From positions 384,001 to 448,000 of the forward strand of contig CAVUAK010000002.1 of the NCBI GenBank assembly GCA_963739455.1: 64,000 bases of DNA, in the 5' to 3' direction. Below, in pieces: positions 22,816 to 33,652 of the stretch. The notes under the pieces were generated by a model that saw only the letters and a list, made by a program, of their open reading frames with translations, made no database searches and was not told the DNA's origin. The number at the start of each line of letters is the position of its first letter. Positions within the stretch are counted from its first letter, which is position 1. Both the position numbers and the translations under genes were made by a program. The stretch comes from an uncultured Gemmatimonadales bacterium. GTDB taxonomy: Bacteria; Gemmatimonadota; Gemmatimonadetes; Gemmatimonadales; GWC2-71-9.

Positions 22816-23535
22816 TCAGGCTCCGAGGTAGTGCACGAGGAGCCAGTTCGACGCGAGGAACGCAAGTACTCCGCCGAAGAATGCCAGCGGTGGCGCCCAG
22901 CCCCGCTTCGACTGGAACTCCGGGATCAGGTTGCTCCCCGCCACGTAGAGCGTCACACCGGCAGATACCGCGAGGCCGTGCTGCTGCAGCCTGGCCGAGC
23001 CGACCGTGACCAGTGCACCCAGCACCGTCGCCGCCGCCGGGACAAGCGCCAGTCCTAGTGCGCGTGCCTTCGATTGCCCCGATGCGAGGACCAGGCTCGC
23101 CACCGTCAGCCCCTCTGGCAGCTTGTGCAGGAAGACGGCAAGGAACAGGAGCGCGCCAAGCCCCGGCGACACCAGGAGCCCACTGGCGATCGCCACCCCG
23201 TCGAAGAAGGTGTGCAGCGACAGCCCGATCACCGCCGACGCGCCGGCGCCTGGCGAGACGTGGTGGGTTTCCTCGCCGAAATGGAAATGCGGCGTCAGCA
23301 CATGCTGCGCGAGGTGAACCGCGAGGAATCCACCCAGCACCCACGGCGCTGCCCCGGGCCCCGATGCGAACGCCTCGGGCAGCATGCTCAGCATCACCAC
23401 CGACACCATGAACCCGGCGCCGAAGGCAATGGCGCTCACGATGGTGCGGGCACCGCGACTGCTGCCGCGCACCACCACCAGGGCGCCAGCCAGGTTGGCT
23501 GCGCCGGCCGCCAGCGCGAGGACGATGGGCGTCAG
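22816..23535 (-). CDS. ZIP family divalent metal transporter
   Basis: FGAGFM, HFHFGEETHH, LHTFFDG, LHKLPEG, LYVAGSNLIPE. Start is uncertain because it reads in frame with the upstream cca tail. Confidence 0.85.
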   Translation of the reverse strand: MTPIVLALAAGAANLAGALVVVRGSSRGARTIVSAIAFGAGFMVSVVMLSMLPEAFASGPGAAPWVLGGFLAVHLAQHVLTPHFHFGEETHHVSPGAGASAVIGLSLHTFFDGVAIASGLLVSPGLGALLFLAVFLHKLPEGLTVASLVLASGQSKARALGLALVPAAATVLGALVTVGSARLQQHGLAVSAGVTLYVAGSNLIPEFQSKRGWAPPLAFFGGVLAFLASNWLLVHYLGA

Positions 23536-24706
23536 CGTTTCCCTCGCAAGCGCGAGCAGCTGCTCGCGGGTGTTGATGGCCGGGTCCTCGAGCACGCGAT
23601 CGAGCAATCGGTCGAGCACCATGCCCATCTTCGGCCCGGGCTCGAGCCCCATGGCGCGCAGGTCCACACCGGTGATGGCCAGCGCATCACGAGTCAGCGC
23701 GTCACCCCGTGCCCGGATCCGCTCAGCCACCGCTGCCCAGGCCGGTGACTGGCCGGTGCGCCAGCGCACCAGCGTCGCCTGATCATCGGCAGCCGCGCCG
23801 ACCCTCGAGAGCCAGCGGCGCACCGTCACCTCGTCACTCCTGCTCGGCAGCGGCAGCGACTCCTGAACCGCGACGCGCGCGACCAATCTCCTGGTTCGAT
23901 GCCTTGAGCCGGCGCAGCACCGCCACGGGATCGTTGGTGAGCAGGCACGTCAGCAGCACGGGGTCGCGATCGCTTGCGGTCGACCGCTGGAGTCGTGGCC
24001 CCCGCCGCACCATCCAGCTCCGGCATCCAGACCGCCGCAACCCCGGACTCGCGCCACAGGCGCACCAGCTCGTTGAGGTCGCGCGCGGTACGGAGGCTCT
24101 TGAACCATTCGTCCCTCACCCGCTCGGCGGAGAGCTGCGGCAGTCCGTCGGTCGCGGCGCGCGCCGCATCCCATGTCGCGGGGTCGATGGCGAACCCGAG
24201 TCGCGCCGAGAAGCGAAGACCGCGCAGGATGCGCAGGTAGTCCTCGCGGAAGCGCTGGGCTGCATCGCCCACCGCACGCACCACGCCGACGCGACAGGTC
24301 GTCCGCGCCGTTGAAGGGTCGCGCCATTCCTCGCGCAGCGGATGATAGGCGAGCGCATTGATGGTGAAGTCGCGCCGGGCGAGGTCATCCTCGAGCGAGA
24401 CGCCGTACTGCACGACCGCATGCCGGCCATCGGTCTCGATGTCGCGCCGGAAGGTGGTGACCTCGTGCAGTTGCCGGTTCCGGTCCAGCACGCCCACCGT
24501 GCCGAACCGGATGCCCGACCGGCACGGTGCGCGGGAAGAGGCGCAGGACCTCTTCGGGCCGCGCCGACGTGGCGATGTCGTAGTCGCATGTGGGGATCGC
24601 CGAGCAGGGCGTCCCGCACCGCGCCGCCGACGCACCAGGCCTCGAAGCCGGCGCGCTCGAGCACCCGGGCGATATCCAGCACTTCCTCGGGAATCTCGAT
24701 CGCTGT

Positions 24707-24710
<4 letters not shown>
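23536..24710 (-). CDS. cca: CCA tRNA nucleotidyltransferase (class II), frameshifted
   Basis: VGGAVRD, DYDIAT, EVTTFRRDIETDGRHA, DLARRDFTINA, FREDYLRILR, LSAERVRDE, ITGVDL...GPKMG. The 3' end is approximate. Confidence 0.85.
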
Positions 24711-25665
<955 letters not shown>

Positions 25666-25669
25666 GGAA

Positions 25670-26427
25670 TCAGCCGCACAGCACGCTGCCGCCGTTCACG
25701 TTGAGGATCTCTCCCGGTGATGTGGCGCGCGAGCGGGCTGGCAAGGAAGACGATGGGCCACGCGACGTCGTCCGCGGTGGCGATCCGCCGAAGCGGAATG
25801 GTGGACTCCACCCGGGCGCGGTACTCAGGCGTCAGCACGCCGGCAGACATGTCGGTGTCGATCCACCCCGGCGCACAGCAATTCACGGTGATATCGGGCG
25901 CGCACTCGATCGCCAGCGACTTGGTGAGCGCGAGCAGGCCGCCCTTGGTGACGGCGTAGTCGGCGTGGAATGCCTCGCCACGCTGGCCAGCCGTGCTCGA
26001 CACCAGCACCACCGAACCGCCGGGCCTGCAGGAGCTGGAGCGCACCACGCGTGGTGAGGTAGACACCGTCGAGGTTGGCCCGCATCGTGTCGCCCCAGCG
26101 AGACGCGGGCATCTCCGCCAGCGGGACATCCTGCTCGGGCCAGATCCCGGCATTCGCGACGAAGGTATCGAGGCCGCCCAGTGCATCCGTGATCGCGGCA
26201 TACATGGCAGCCACGGTGCCTTCATCAGCGTGGTCGCCGCCCACCACCACCGCGCGCCGCCCGAGGCCACGGATCTCGGTGGCCACAGCCTCCGCCGCAT
26301 CACGTCGCGTGTGGTAGCTGATCGCGACATCGGCACCGAGGCGCGCGAACAGCAGCGCCGCCGCCCGGCCCACCCCGCGGCTGCCACCCGTGACGAACAC
26401 CGACTTGTGGCTGAAATCGAGCATCAA
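25670..26427 (-). CDS. Short-chain dehydrogenase/reductase (FabG-like), frameshifted
   Basis: VTGGSRGVG, ANAGIW, SSTAGQRGE, YAVTKGG, PGWIDTDM, LNVNGGSVLCG end. Confidence 0.88.
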
Positions 26428-27008
26428 GCCGTTGCGCTCAGGCGAGACTCCACGATTCCGACAATGACATGCTGCGCCGCCATGTGCACCAGCTGGATTC
26501 GCCCGGTGTCGTCGTGATCCACGACGAGCGCGATGTCGACGAGCGCGCGCAGCGGGCCGCCGTCTCGGCCCAGCAGGGCGATGACGGTGGCCCCTCTCGT
26601 ACGGGCAGCCTTTGCCGCCTGAAGGAGGTTCGTGCTCTGGCCGCTGGTGCTGTGCAGGATCAGCACGTCACGCTTTGTCACCAGCGCCTCGACCTGTCGG
26701 GCATATGCGTGCTCGAACCCCAGGTCGTTGCTCGCGGCGGTCAGCATGGAGATGTCGGTGCCCAGCGCCACCGCAGCATAGGCCGGTCGATCGGCGTGCC
26801 GGTGAGAGTAGCGTACGACATACTCCGCCGCACAGTGCTGCGCGTCGGCGGCACTCCCGCCGTTGCCGGCGAAGTAGAGCGTGCCCCCATTGCGCAGCGT
26901 GTCGGTGAAACGCCCAGCGATCTGGTCGATCGTGGCCGCGTGCTCCGTGGCACTGCGGTCGAGCAGCGCCGACAGCGCGGCGAAGGCCTCCCTCGTGGAC
27001 TCCGCCAT
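26424..27008 (-). CDS. gmhA: SIS-domain phosphoheptose isomerase-like protein
   Basis: GNGGSAADAQH, LTAASNDLGF, RQVEAL, STSGQS, RIQLVH. Confidence 0.8.
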   Translation of the reverse strand: MAESTREAFAALSALLDRSATEHAATIDQIAGRFTDTLRNGGTLYFAGNGGSAADAQHCAAEYVVRYSHRHADRPAYAAVALGTDISMLTAASNDLGFEHAYARQVEALVTKRDVLILHSTSGQSTNLLQAAKAARTRGATVIALLGRDGGPLRALVDIALVVDHDDTGRIQLVHMAAQHVIVGIVESRLSATA

Positions 27009-27009
27009 G

Positions 27010-27771
27010 CTAGTCCTCGCTCACAAGGAGGCGCCGGAGCCGGTTGGCGATCGACAGCTTGAGCGCGAACGGCGGTACATCGACCAGCCGCTTGCCCTGG
27101 AGCACGTTGCCGGGGTTCACCCGCGTGAGGATGTCAGCGGTGTCTCCCGCCCCCTCGGCAACCAGGGCATCGCGCAGCGTGGCAATCGACCGGTCGTCGC
27201 CGTGATTGTCGCCAGCGACGATGTCTCCCATGCCGTACGACAGGAGCTGCCGTGCCCGGTCACCGCGCCGGGTCGGTTGCAGCAGCGTGGTGGCGTCGAG
27301 CTGCATCAGGGCCCCCATTTCGCGCCACCGCGCCACCGCCGTTGGCGAGCAGCAGCTGTAGCGCTCCGGGTGCGCCAGGAGCGGCACTACACCGTGGTCC
27401 ACTACGCTCCTCAGTGCGCTGCCCACGGCATCGAGGGCCACCAGGCGGGGGAACTCGACGAGCATCACCGGTCCGCCACCCAGCCGGAATCCCGGATTGG
27501 CCGCTGCTGCGCTGCTGAGCGGACGGTCGAGCATGACCTCGGCACCGCGATGGAGACGAGGCGACGACGGCGCCGCCTTCTTGAGGGCCACGAAGGCGGC
27601 ATCGTGCGCTGCAGGTACCCCCGCCTCGAGGGCGGATGCCGTCAGGTGGGGCGTAAGGCAGAAATCCGCGACGCCGCGCTTGCCCTGTTCGCGCAGCACG
27701 AACACTGAGTGCTCCACGTCGGGGGAACCATCGTCGACACCAGGCAGGAGATGCGAATGGAGGTCGATCAT
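27010..27771 (-). CDS. CpsB/CapC-family PHP tyrosine-protein phosphatase
   Basis: MIDLHSHLLPGVDDG, TPH, GAEV, LAHPERY, DNH. Confidence 0.88.
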   Translation of the reverse strand: MIDLHSHLLPGVDDGSPDVEHSVFVLREQGKRGVADFCLTPHLTASALEAGVPAAHDAAFVALKKAAPSSPRLHRGAEVMLDRPLSSAAAANPGFRLGGGPVMLVEFPRLVALDAVGSALRSVVDHGVVPLLAHPERYSCCSPTAVARWREMGALMQLDATTLLQPTRRGDRARQLLSYGMGDIVAGDNHGDDRSIATLRDALVAEGAGDTADILTRVNPGNVLQGKRLVDVPPFALKLSIANRLRRLLVSED

Positions 27772-28064
27772 GCCCGCGCGACTTCCGTATTCAGCACCAT
27801 CGTGGCAAAGGCGTGGAGCCGGACCGGATCCGCCTCGGCCTGGGCCAGCAGCGCGAGCGTGATCAGCGCATCGGCCGCCAGCAGGTCCAGTGCGGCGCCT
27901 CGCCCCTCCGGCTGACGCGCGACCTCATCGAGCGCGGCGGTAGCTGCTTGCGCCAGGGTGAGGGCATGCTCGCCGCCCGAGGTGCGCATTGCAGCGACGT
28001 ACGCATGCGCCCGATCGCGAAGGACCATTGGCGCAGCAATCGTGTGTCGATCGAGCCATTCCAT
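27768..28064 (-). CDS. Small hypothetical protein
   Basis: 98-aa ORF that fits between alaS and the CpsB-like gene with coupled ends; LDLLAADALITLA. Confidence 0.6.
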   Translation of the reverse strand: MEWLDRHTIAAPMVLRDRAHAYVAAMRTSGGEHALTLAQAATAALDEVARQPEGRGAALDLLAADALITLALLAQAEADPVRLHAFATMVLNTEVARA

Positions 28065-28072
28065 CAGAGAAT

Positions 28073-30700
28073 TCAGTTGGCCCCCTGCAACCAGGCTGCT
28101 ACCACGCCCGGCGTGCCGTCACGCGCCGCGGCGAGCCGAGCCACGTCACCGGCGCCGGCGGATGCGAAGTGCGGCCGGCCACCACCCTTGCCGCCGCTCA
28201 GCGCCGCAAGCCGGTTGACGAGGTCGCCTGCCTTGCGGCCTGACTTTACGAGATCGTCGGTCACCGCCACGTGGATCGCGCCCTTGCCCGAGGTGCCGAA
28301 GAGCACGAGCACGGCGCTCTCCCGGCCGCCGCGGAACGTGTCGGCGACGGCGGCAATCTCGTCGCGGTCCTCTGCCGCCGTGTCGGTCATGGTCACGGCG
28401 ACACCTTGAATGTCGAGTGAGGTGCCCTGCACCGCCGCCCCGCCTCCCTTGAGGAGCTCAGTGACGCGGGCCGCGAGCTTGTCCCGCTCCTCCAGCAGCT
28501 GCTCCAGCTTGCGCTGCAAGTGCTCGGGCTGCGCCTTGACCGTGTGAGCCGCCTGGGCCAACCGCGCCTGCAGTGACTCGATCTGGGCGTAGGCCTCGGG
28601 CCCGGTGACGGCCTCGATGCGTCGCACGCCGGCAGCTACGCCGCCCTGCGACTGGAACTGGAACACGCCCACCTGCCCCGTCGAGCGCACGTGCGTGCCG
28701 CCGCAGAGCTCGATGGAGGATTCGCCCATGAAGACGACGCGCACCTGGTCGCCGTACTTCTCGGAGAAGAGCGCCATCGCGCCCAGCTGCAGTGCATCGG
28801 GATAGCGCATCTGCCGGGTCTCGACCGGGACGTTCTGCCAGATGTGCGCATTCACCTCGCGCTCGATGGCCTGCAGCGCCTCGGGCTCGATGGGGCCATG
28901 GTGCGAGAAGTCGAAGCGGAGGTGGTGGTCGTCCACCAGCGACCCCTGCTGGCGCACGTGCGTGCCGAGGTGCTTTCGGAGTGCCGCATGCACCAGGTGT
29001 GTGGCACTGTGGTTCCGCTCGATGTTCCGGCGGCGCGAGGCGTCAACCACCGCCTTCACCGACGTGGGCTCGAACTTCTCGCGGAATGCGCCGCTGATCA
29101 CCGTGCCTCGGCCCGCGTCCTTGTAGACACGGTCCACCGGCATTACCCAGCCTTCGCCATGCACGCGGCCGGTATCACTGACCTGACCACCAGACTCGAC
29201 GTAGAACGGGTTCTCGCGGAGGAGCAGTTCCACCCGCTCGCCGTCCTGGCGGAAGGCAAGCGGCTCGGTGTCGGAGGCATCGTGCTGGTAGCCGACGAAT
29301 TCCTGAGTCCCATCGCGCAGGTCCCGCCACTCTCCAGCGCCCTTCGTGTGAACCACAGCGCTCTCCGAAAGCTTGCCGGCATCACGCGCTGATCGCGACC
29401 GCTTCCGCTGCGCCGCCAGCGCTGCCTCAAACCCCGCAAGGTCCACCGACGCCCCGTTCTCTTCAGCAATGATGACGGTGAGGTCGATCGGGAAGCCGTA
29501 GGTATCGTACAGCTTGAATGCTTCGTCGCCGGGGATGACGGTGGCGCCGGCCGCGAGCAACTCGCTCATGCGGCCCAGGCCACCCTCGATCGTGGCAAGG
29601 AAACTTCGCTCCTCGGCCTCGACGTAGTCGTGGATCGTCTTCGCGTTCTTCACCAGCTCCGGGTACACATCCCCAAGCTGCGCGATGACGGTGCTCGTCA
29701 GTGGCGTGAGGGTCGGCTCGCGCCGGCCCAGCAACCAGGCATGCCGTACCGCGCGGCGCAGGATGCGGCGCACCACGTAGCCCCGTCCCTCGTTGCTCGG
29801 GAAGCAACCGTCAGCGAGCAGGAAGCTCACCGCGCGCGCGTGATCCGCCAGGACGCGATAGGACGCGCCCGCCGGGCCTCGATCGTACGGTGCGCCGACC
29901 AGCCCTTCCACCTGCTTGAGCAGCGGCAGGAAGAGGTCGGTGTGAAAATTCGAATCCTCGCCCTGCATGATCGCGGCGATGCGCTCGAGGCCGGCGCCGG
30001 TGTCCACCGACGGCTTCGGCAGCGGCGTGAGCGTGCCATCGGCCGAGCGGTCGAACTGCATGAAGACCAGGTTCCAGATCTCGAGGAACCGCCCCGCTTC
30101 CGCCAGCTCCTCGAACTCAGCGGTGCCGATCCGCGCCGCCTTCTGTCCCGGCTTCCAGTCGAGGTCGACGTAAATTTCGCTGCATGGCCCGCACGGGCCG
30201 GTGTCACCCATCTGCCAGAAGTTGTCCTTGTCGCCCAGGCCGTAGATGCGGTCATCCGGCAGGCCCGAGATCTCGCGCCACAGCGCGCGCGCCTCGTCAT
30301 CGGTGTGATGCACCGAGACGCGCAGCCGCTCCGGGTCGATGCCGAGCCATTTCGGGCTCGTCACGAACTCCCAGGCGAAGACGATAGCGTCGCGCTTGAA
30401 ATAGTCGCCGAAGGAAAAATTGCCCAGCATCTCGAAGAAGGTGTGATGCCGGGTGGTGTGGCCCACCTGCTCGAGATCGTTGTGCTTGCCGCCTGCCCGC
30501 ACGCACTTCTGGGACGTGGTGGCACGCGCGTAGTCGCGGTGCTCCTGACCCTGGAACGTGCGCTTGAACTGCACCATCCCGGCGTTGGTGAACAGCAGCG
30601 TGGGATCGTCGGCAGGGACGAGCGAGGCACTGGGAACTTCACGATGGCCACGCTCGACGAAATAGTCGAGGAAGCGGCGACGGATGACGGCAGCTTTCAT
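28073..30700 (-). CDS. alaS: Alanine--tRNA ligase
   Basis: DPTLLFTNAGM, HHTFFEMLGNFSFGDYFK, DTGAGLER, HSATHL, ELCGGTH, GGKGGG. Confidence 0.98.
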   Translation of the reverse strand: MKAAVIRRRFLDYFVERGHREVPSASLVPADDPTLLFTNAGMVQFKRTFQGQEHRDYARATTSQKCVRAGGKHNDLEQVGHTTRHHTFFEMLGNFSFGDYFKRDAIVFAWEFVTSPKWLGIDPERLRVSVHHTDDEARALWREISGLPDDRIYGLGDKDNFWQMGDTGPCGPCSEIYVDLDWKPGQKAARIGTAEFEELAEAGRFLEIWNLVFMQFDRSADGTLTPLPKPSVDTGAGLERIAAIMQGEDSNFHTDLFLPLLKQVEGLVGAPYDRGPAGASYRVLADHARAVSFLLADGCFPSNEGRGYVVRRILRRAVRHAWLLGRREPTLTPLTSTVIAQLGDVYPELVKNAKTIHDYVEAEERSFLATIEGGLGRMSELLAAGATVIPGDEAFKLYDTYGFPIDLTVIIAEENGASVDLAGFEAALAAQRKRSRSARDAGKLSESAVVHTKGAGEWRDLRDGTQEFVGYQHDASDTEPLAFRQDGERVELLLRENPFYVESGGQVSDTGRVHGEGWVMPVDRVYKDAGRGTVISGAFREKFEPTSVKAVVDASRRRNIERNHSATHLVHAALRKHLGTHVRQQGSLVDDHHLRFDFSHHGPIEPEALQAIEREVNAHIWQNVPVETRQMRYPDALQLGAMALFSEKYGDQVRVVFMGESSIELCGGTHVRSTGQVGVFQFQSQGGVAAGVRRIEAVTGPEAYAQIESLQARLAQAAHTVKAQPEHLQRKLEQLLEERDKLAARVTELLKGGGAAVQGTSLDIQGVAVTMTDTAAEDRDEIAAVADTFRGGRESAVLVLFGTSGKGAIHVAVTDDLVKSGRKAGDLVNRLAALSGGKGGGRPHFASAGAGDVARLAAARDGTPGVVAAWLQGAN

Positions 30701-30776
30701 CCCGTAAAGATAAGGCGGGCACGGGGTTCCCGACCACCTCACGGGTTGCGGACGGAGGCCCGCTCCGGGCTGACGA

Positions 30777-31412
30777 TCAGACCAGCTGGCTCACGGCCTT
30801 GTGGGCGATATCGCCGGTGTACCCGCGCCGCGCCAGGAAGGCGAGCAACCGCCGGCGCTGGGCCACACGCGGCAGCTTGGCGAGGCGCCCAGCCCGGGTG
30901 CGGGCGAGCTCAAGTGCCCGCTGGCCATTGTCCACGTCCGGGGGCCATACCACGGCCATTGCCCGGTCGATCGCCTCCCGTTCCACTCCCATCGCCCCCA
31001 GGTCGCGTCGCACCCGCGCCGGCCCGCGCCCCCGGGTACTCCGCACCTCGGCGTAGCCAAGAGCAAAGGCCGAGTCATCGAGCAACCCGCGCGCGAGCAG
31101 CCTGCCGAGGGCCACATCGACGGCGGCTGCCGGATGTCCCTTCCGCACCATGCGACGGCCGAGGTCGGCGCGGGCAAAGCTGCGTCGTTCGAGTGCCCGG
31201 AGCGCCGTACGGAACGCTGCTTCGCTGTCCGCAGCGGCGTTGAGCCCCTCAACAAGCCCCCCCTCCACTGGCATCCCGGGCTTGAGGCCGAGCACCTCGG
31301 CGTCCTCGCGCGCAAGCACGCAAAGCGTCGTGCCGTCCACATCAACCCGGATGGCGCCGGCGCGGCGCGCATCCGGGGTGAGCGCGGTGATCCTACTCGT
31401 CATCGTCCTCAC
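30777..31412 (-). CDS. recX: Regulatory protein RecX
   Basis: Directly after rec[28 protein letters not shown]. Confidence 0.88.
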   Translation of the reverse strand: MRTMTSRITALTPDARRAGAIRVDVDGTTLCVLAREDAEVLGLKPGMPVEGGLVEGLNAAADSEAAFRTALRALERRSFARADLGRRMVRKGHPAAAVDVALGRLLARGLLDDSAFALGYAEVRSTRGRGPARVRRDLGAMGVEREAIDRAMAVVWPPDVDNGQRALELARTRAGRLAKLPRVAQRRRLLAFLARRGYTGDIAHKAVSQLV

Positions 31413-32445
31413 TCACGGCAACGGCACCGCCGGCCTTCACGCCCAGGAAGTCGCGCACCTTGCCCTCGACCTCGGTCATGAGCGCCTGGTTGTCGCGCAG
31501 GAAGAGCTTGGCGTTCTCGCGGCCCTGCCCGATGCGCTGGTCGCCGTAGGAGTACCAGGCGCCCGACTTCTGGATGATGTTCGCTTCGCTCGCGATATCC
31601 ACCACCAGGGAGGTGTGGCTGATGCCCTCGTCGAACATCACGTCGAACTCGGCCTGCCGGAACGGGGGAGCCACCTTGTTCTTGACGACCTTGACCCGCA
31701 CGCGGTTGCCAATGACGACCTCCCGCTCCTTGACCGGACCGATGCGCCGGATGTCGAGCCGGACCGAGGCGTAGAACTTGAGCGCCTTGCCGCCGGTGGT
31801 GGTTTCGGGGTTGCCGAACATGACGCCGATCTTTTCCCGCAGCTGGTTGATGAAAACCACGGCGCACTTGGAGCGGTTGATGGCGCCGGCCAGCTTGCGC
31901 AAGGCCTGGCTCATGAGGCGCGCCTGCAATCCCATGTGGCTGTCACCCATTTCGCCCTCGATTTCGGCCTTGGGCACCAGGGCCGCCACCGAGTCGATGA
32001 CGATGATGTCCACTGCCCCGGACCGGACGAGGATCTCCACGATCTCCAGCGCCTGCTCACCAGTGTCCGGCTGTGACACGAGGAGGTTTTCCACGTCCAC
32101 GCCCAGCTTGCGCGCGTACTCGACATCGAGGGCATGCTCCGCATCGACATACGCGGCGACGCCACCAGCCTTCTGCACGTTGGCCACCAGGTGGAGACAG
32201 AGCGTCGTCTTGCCGGATGACTCGGGGCCGTAGATCTCGCTGATGCGGCCGCGCGGGATTCCGCCGACACCGATCGCCGCGTCGAGGTTGATGGCGCCGG
32301 TGGGAATGACGGCGATCCGCTCGCGCGGCGAATCGGAGCCCATGCGCATGATGGATCCCTTACCGAGCTGCTTTTCGATCTGGGAGATGGCAAGGGTGAG
32401 CGCCTTGCGCCGGTCGGCTTCGAGCCGGGTCTCATCAACGGCCAT
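31393..32445 (-). CDS. recA: Recombinase RecA
   Basis: [51 protein letters not shown]. Confidence 0.99.
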   Translation of the reverse strand: MAVDETRLEADRRKALTLAISQIEKQLGKGSIMRMGSDSPRERIAVIPTGAINLDAAIGVGGIPRGRISEIYGPESSGKTTLCLHLVANVQKAGGVAAYVDAEHALDVEYARKLGVDVENLLVSQPDTGEQALEIVEILVRSGAVDIIVIDSVAALVPKAEIEGEMGDSHMGLQARLMSQALRKLAGAINRSKCAVVFINQLREKIGVMFGNPETTTGGKALKFYASVRLDIRRIGPVKEREVVIGNRVRVKVVKNKVAPPFRQAEFDVMFDEGISHTSLVVDIASEANIIQKSGAWYSYGDQRIGQGRENAKLFLRDNQALMTEVEGKVRDFLGVKAGGAVAVSEDDDE

Positions 32446-32495
32446 AGTGCCCTCTACATGTGTGGAGTGTTTTGATTCATTTTATTGCTCCAGAC

Positions 32496-32524
32496 AATCT
32501 AAAGCCGAAGATCAGCCGAAGCAA
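32496..32524 (-). promoter_or_regulatory. Putative sigma70 recA promoter containing an 11-bp-period direct repeat
   Basis: Minus strand TTGCTT-N17-TAGATT. CTTCGGCT-gat-CTTCGGCT spans the -35 and spacer. Confidence 0.6.
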
Positions 32525-32560
32525 TAGTCAAGATGTGACCTATTTTGAGCCACATGCCAG

Positions 32561-32968
32561 CTACTTGTCTATCCGCCACGCGTCAGGGATGTGGTGCACC
32601 TCTGGAGGCCGCCCGGACCGGTCCAGGACCTCCACCACATCAAACCTGAAGTTGTCCCCCCACCGACCGTTCCGAAGCGCCCAGACAGCGGCCACGCGCG
32701 CGATGGTGCGTCGCTTCTTCCAGCCGATCGACTCCACCGGCGCCCCGTAACGCAGCGACCGGCGGGTCTTCACCTCCACGAATGCCACCACATTGTGCCG
32801 GCGGATGATGAGGTCCAGGTCGTGGCGGCCGAGGCGGAAGCGATGCGCCTCGATGACCCAGCCACAGGAAACCAGGTAGGCGAGCGCAACCAGTTCGCCG
32901 CGCAGTCCACGCACCTGACGCGGGTCGGTCCATTCGCTGGGCGGGATGCGGGCGGCGTGAGCGGTCAT
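32561..32968 (-). CDS. yraN: YraN-family (UPF0102) nuclease-like protein
   Basis: GLRGELVA, DLDLI, AFVEVKTR, FRFDVV. Confidence 0.85.
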   Translation of the reverse strand: MTAHAARIPPSEWTDPRQVRGLRGELVALAYLVSCGWVIEAHRFRLGRHDLDLIIRRHNVVAFVEVKTRRSLRYGAPVESIGWKKRRTIARVAAVWALRNGRWGDNFRFDVVEVLDRSGRPPEVHHIPDAWRIDK

Positions 32969-33142
32969 GGACAACAGAATGCTGCGGGACGTCGAGTCCC
33001 GCGGCACCGTTTCCACGCGCCGAGTGTGAAGAAAGCGTGTGAGGGTCGCAGGTCATGGGACGATCGTCCCCTAGCTGCGGAGGCAGGCTCGCGCTATCAC
33101 CACAGGGGACAATCAGGCGTGTCCGGTGACAGGGAGGTTCGC

Positions 33143-33640
33143 ATGCGCCGACCGACGCTCGCGTTTGCGGCAGTGCTGCTGATGGTCGTGTGTCCTCGGC
33201 GGGTGCACGCACAAGTGCATGTCGACGCTCGGGCCGGAATCGGCATCGTCTTTGGGGGGAGCAACGGAACAGAACTCAGTGGCTTGTTTGGCCTTGGGAT
33301 GGGGGCCGGCCGCTTTCACGGCCGCCTCGATCTTCTCGCCAACGGCGGCGGGCCTGCCGAAGAGTGGGTGGCGAACGTGGCGCTGCAGGTCGACGTGCTG
33401 CGTGGCCCGGTGCACAAGCCAACCCTCTATCTGCTGGCCGGGATCGGCATCGTGAGCCCGTCCTCGATCTTCGGCAGCGATGAGTACGCCGTTTTCATCA
33501 CCGCTGCGGGATTGCAGTTCCCGCTGACGGGTGTGCTGGGACTCTTCAGCGAACTGCGCGGCTACTTCGCGCTCAGTCCACCGCCCTCCGGGACCTCATT
33601 CGGGACGCTGCACGCCGGGATCCGAGTGGGCGCGCCCTGA
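33143..33640 (+). CDS. Hypothetical secreted small outer-membrane beta-barrel-like protein
   Basis: GGGAGG RBS, then MRRPTLAFAAVLLMVVCPRRVHA/Q signal peptide, then alternating beta-strand pattern (YLLAGIG, LFSELRG, AGIRVG). Confidence 0.6.
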   Translation: MRRPTLAFAAVLLMVVCPRRVHAQVHVDARAGIGIVFGGSNGTELSGLFGLGMGAGRFHGRLDLLANGGGPAEEWVANVALQVDVLRGPVHKPTLYLLAGIGIVSPSSIFGSDEYAVFITAAGLQFPLTGVLGLFSELRGYFALSPPPSGTSFGTLHAGIRVGAP

Positions 33641-33652
33641 TCGGCCCCTGCG

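Noticed and set aside
22816..23886. Apparent in-frame fusion of the CCA-enzyme C-terminus to the ZIP transporter
   Set aside because: It lies in the most indel-rich stretch. The junction ACG-CTG-ACG-CCC would become a typical GTGA stop/start overlap with a 2-nt correction, so it is most likely an artefact until reads say otherwise.
32591..33142. N-terminal extension of the 349-aa plus-strand ORF
   Set aside because: It overlaps yraN antisense. The RBS and signal peptide point to ATG 33143.
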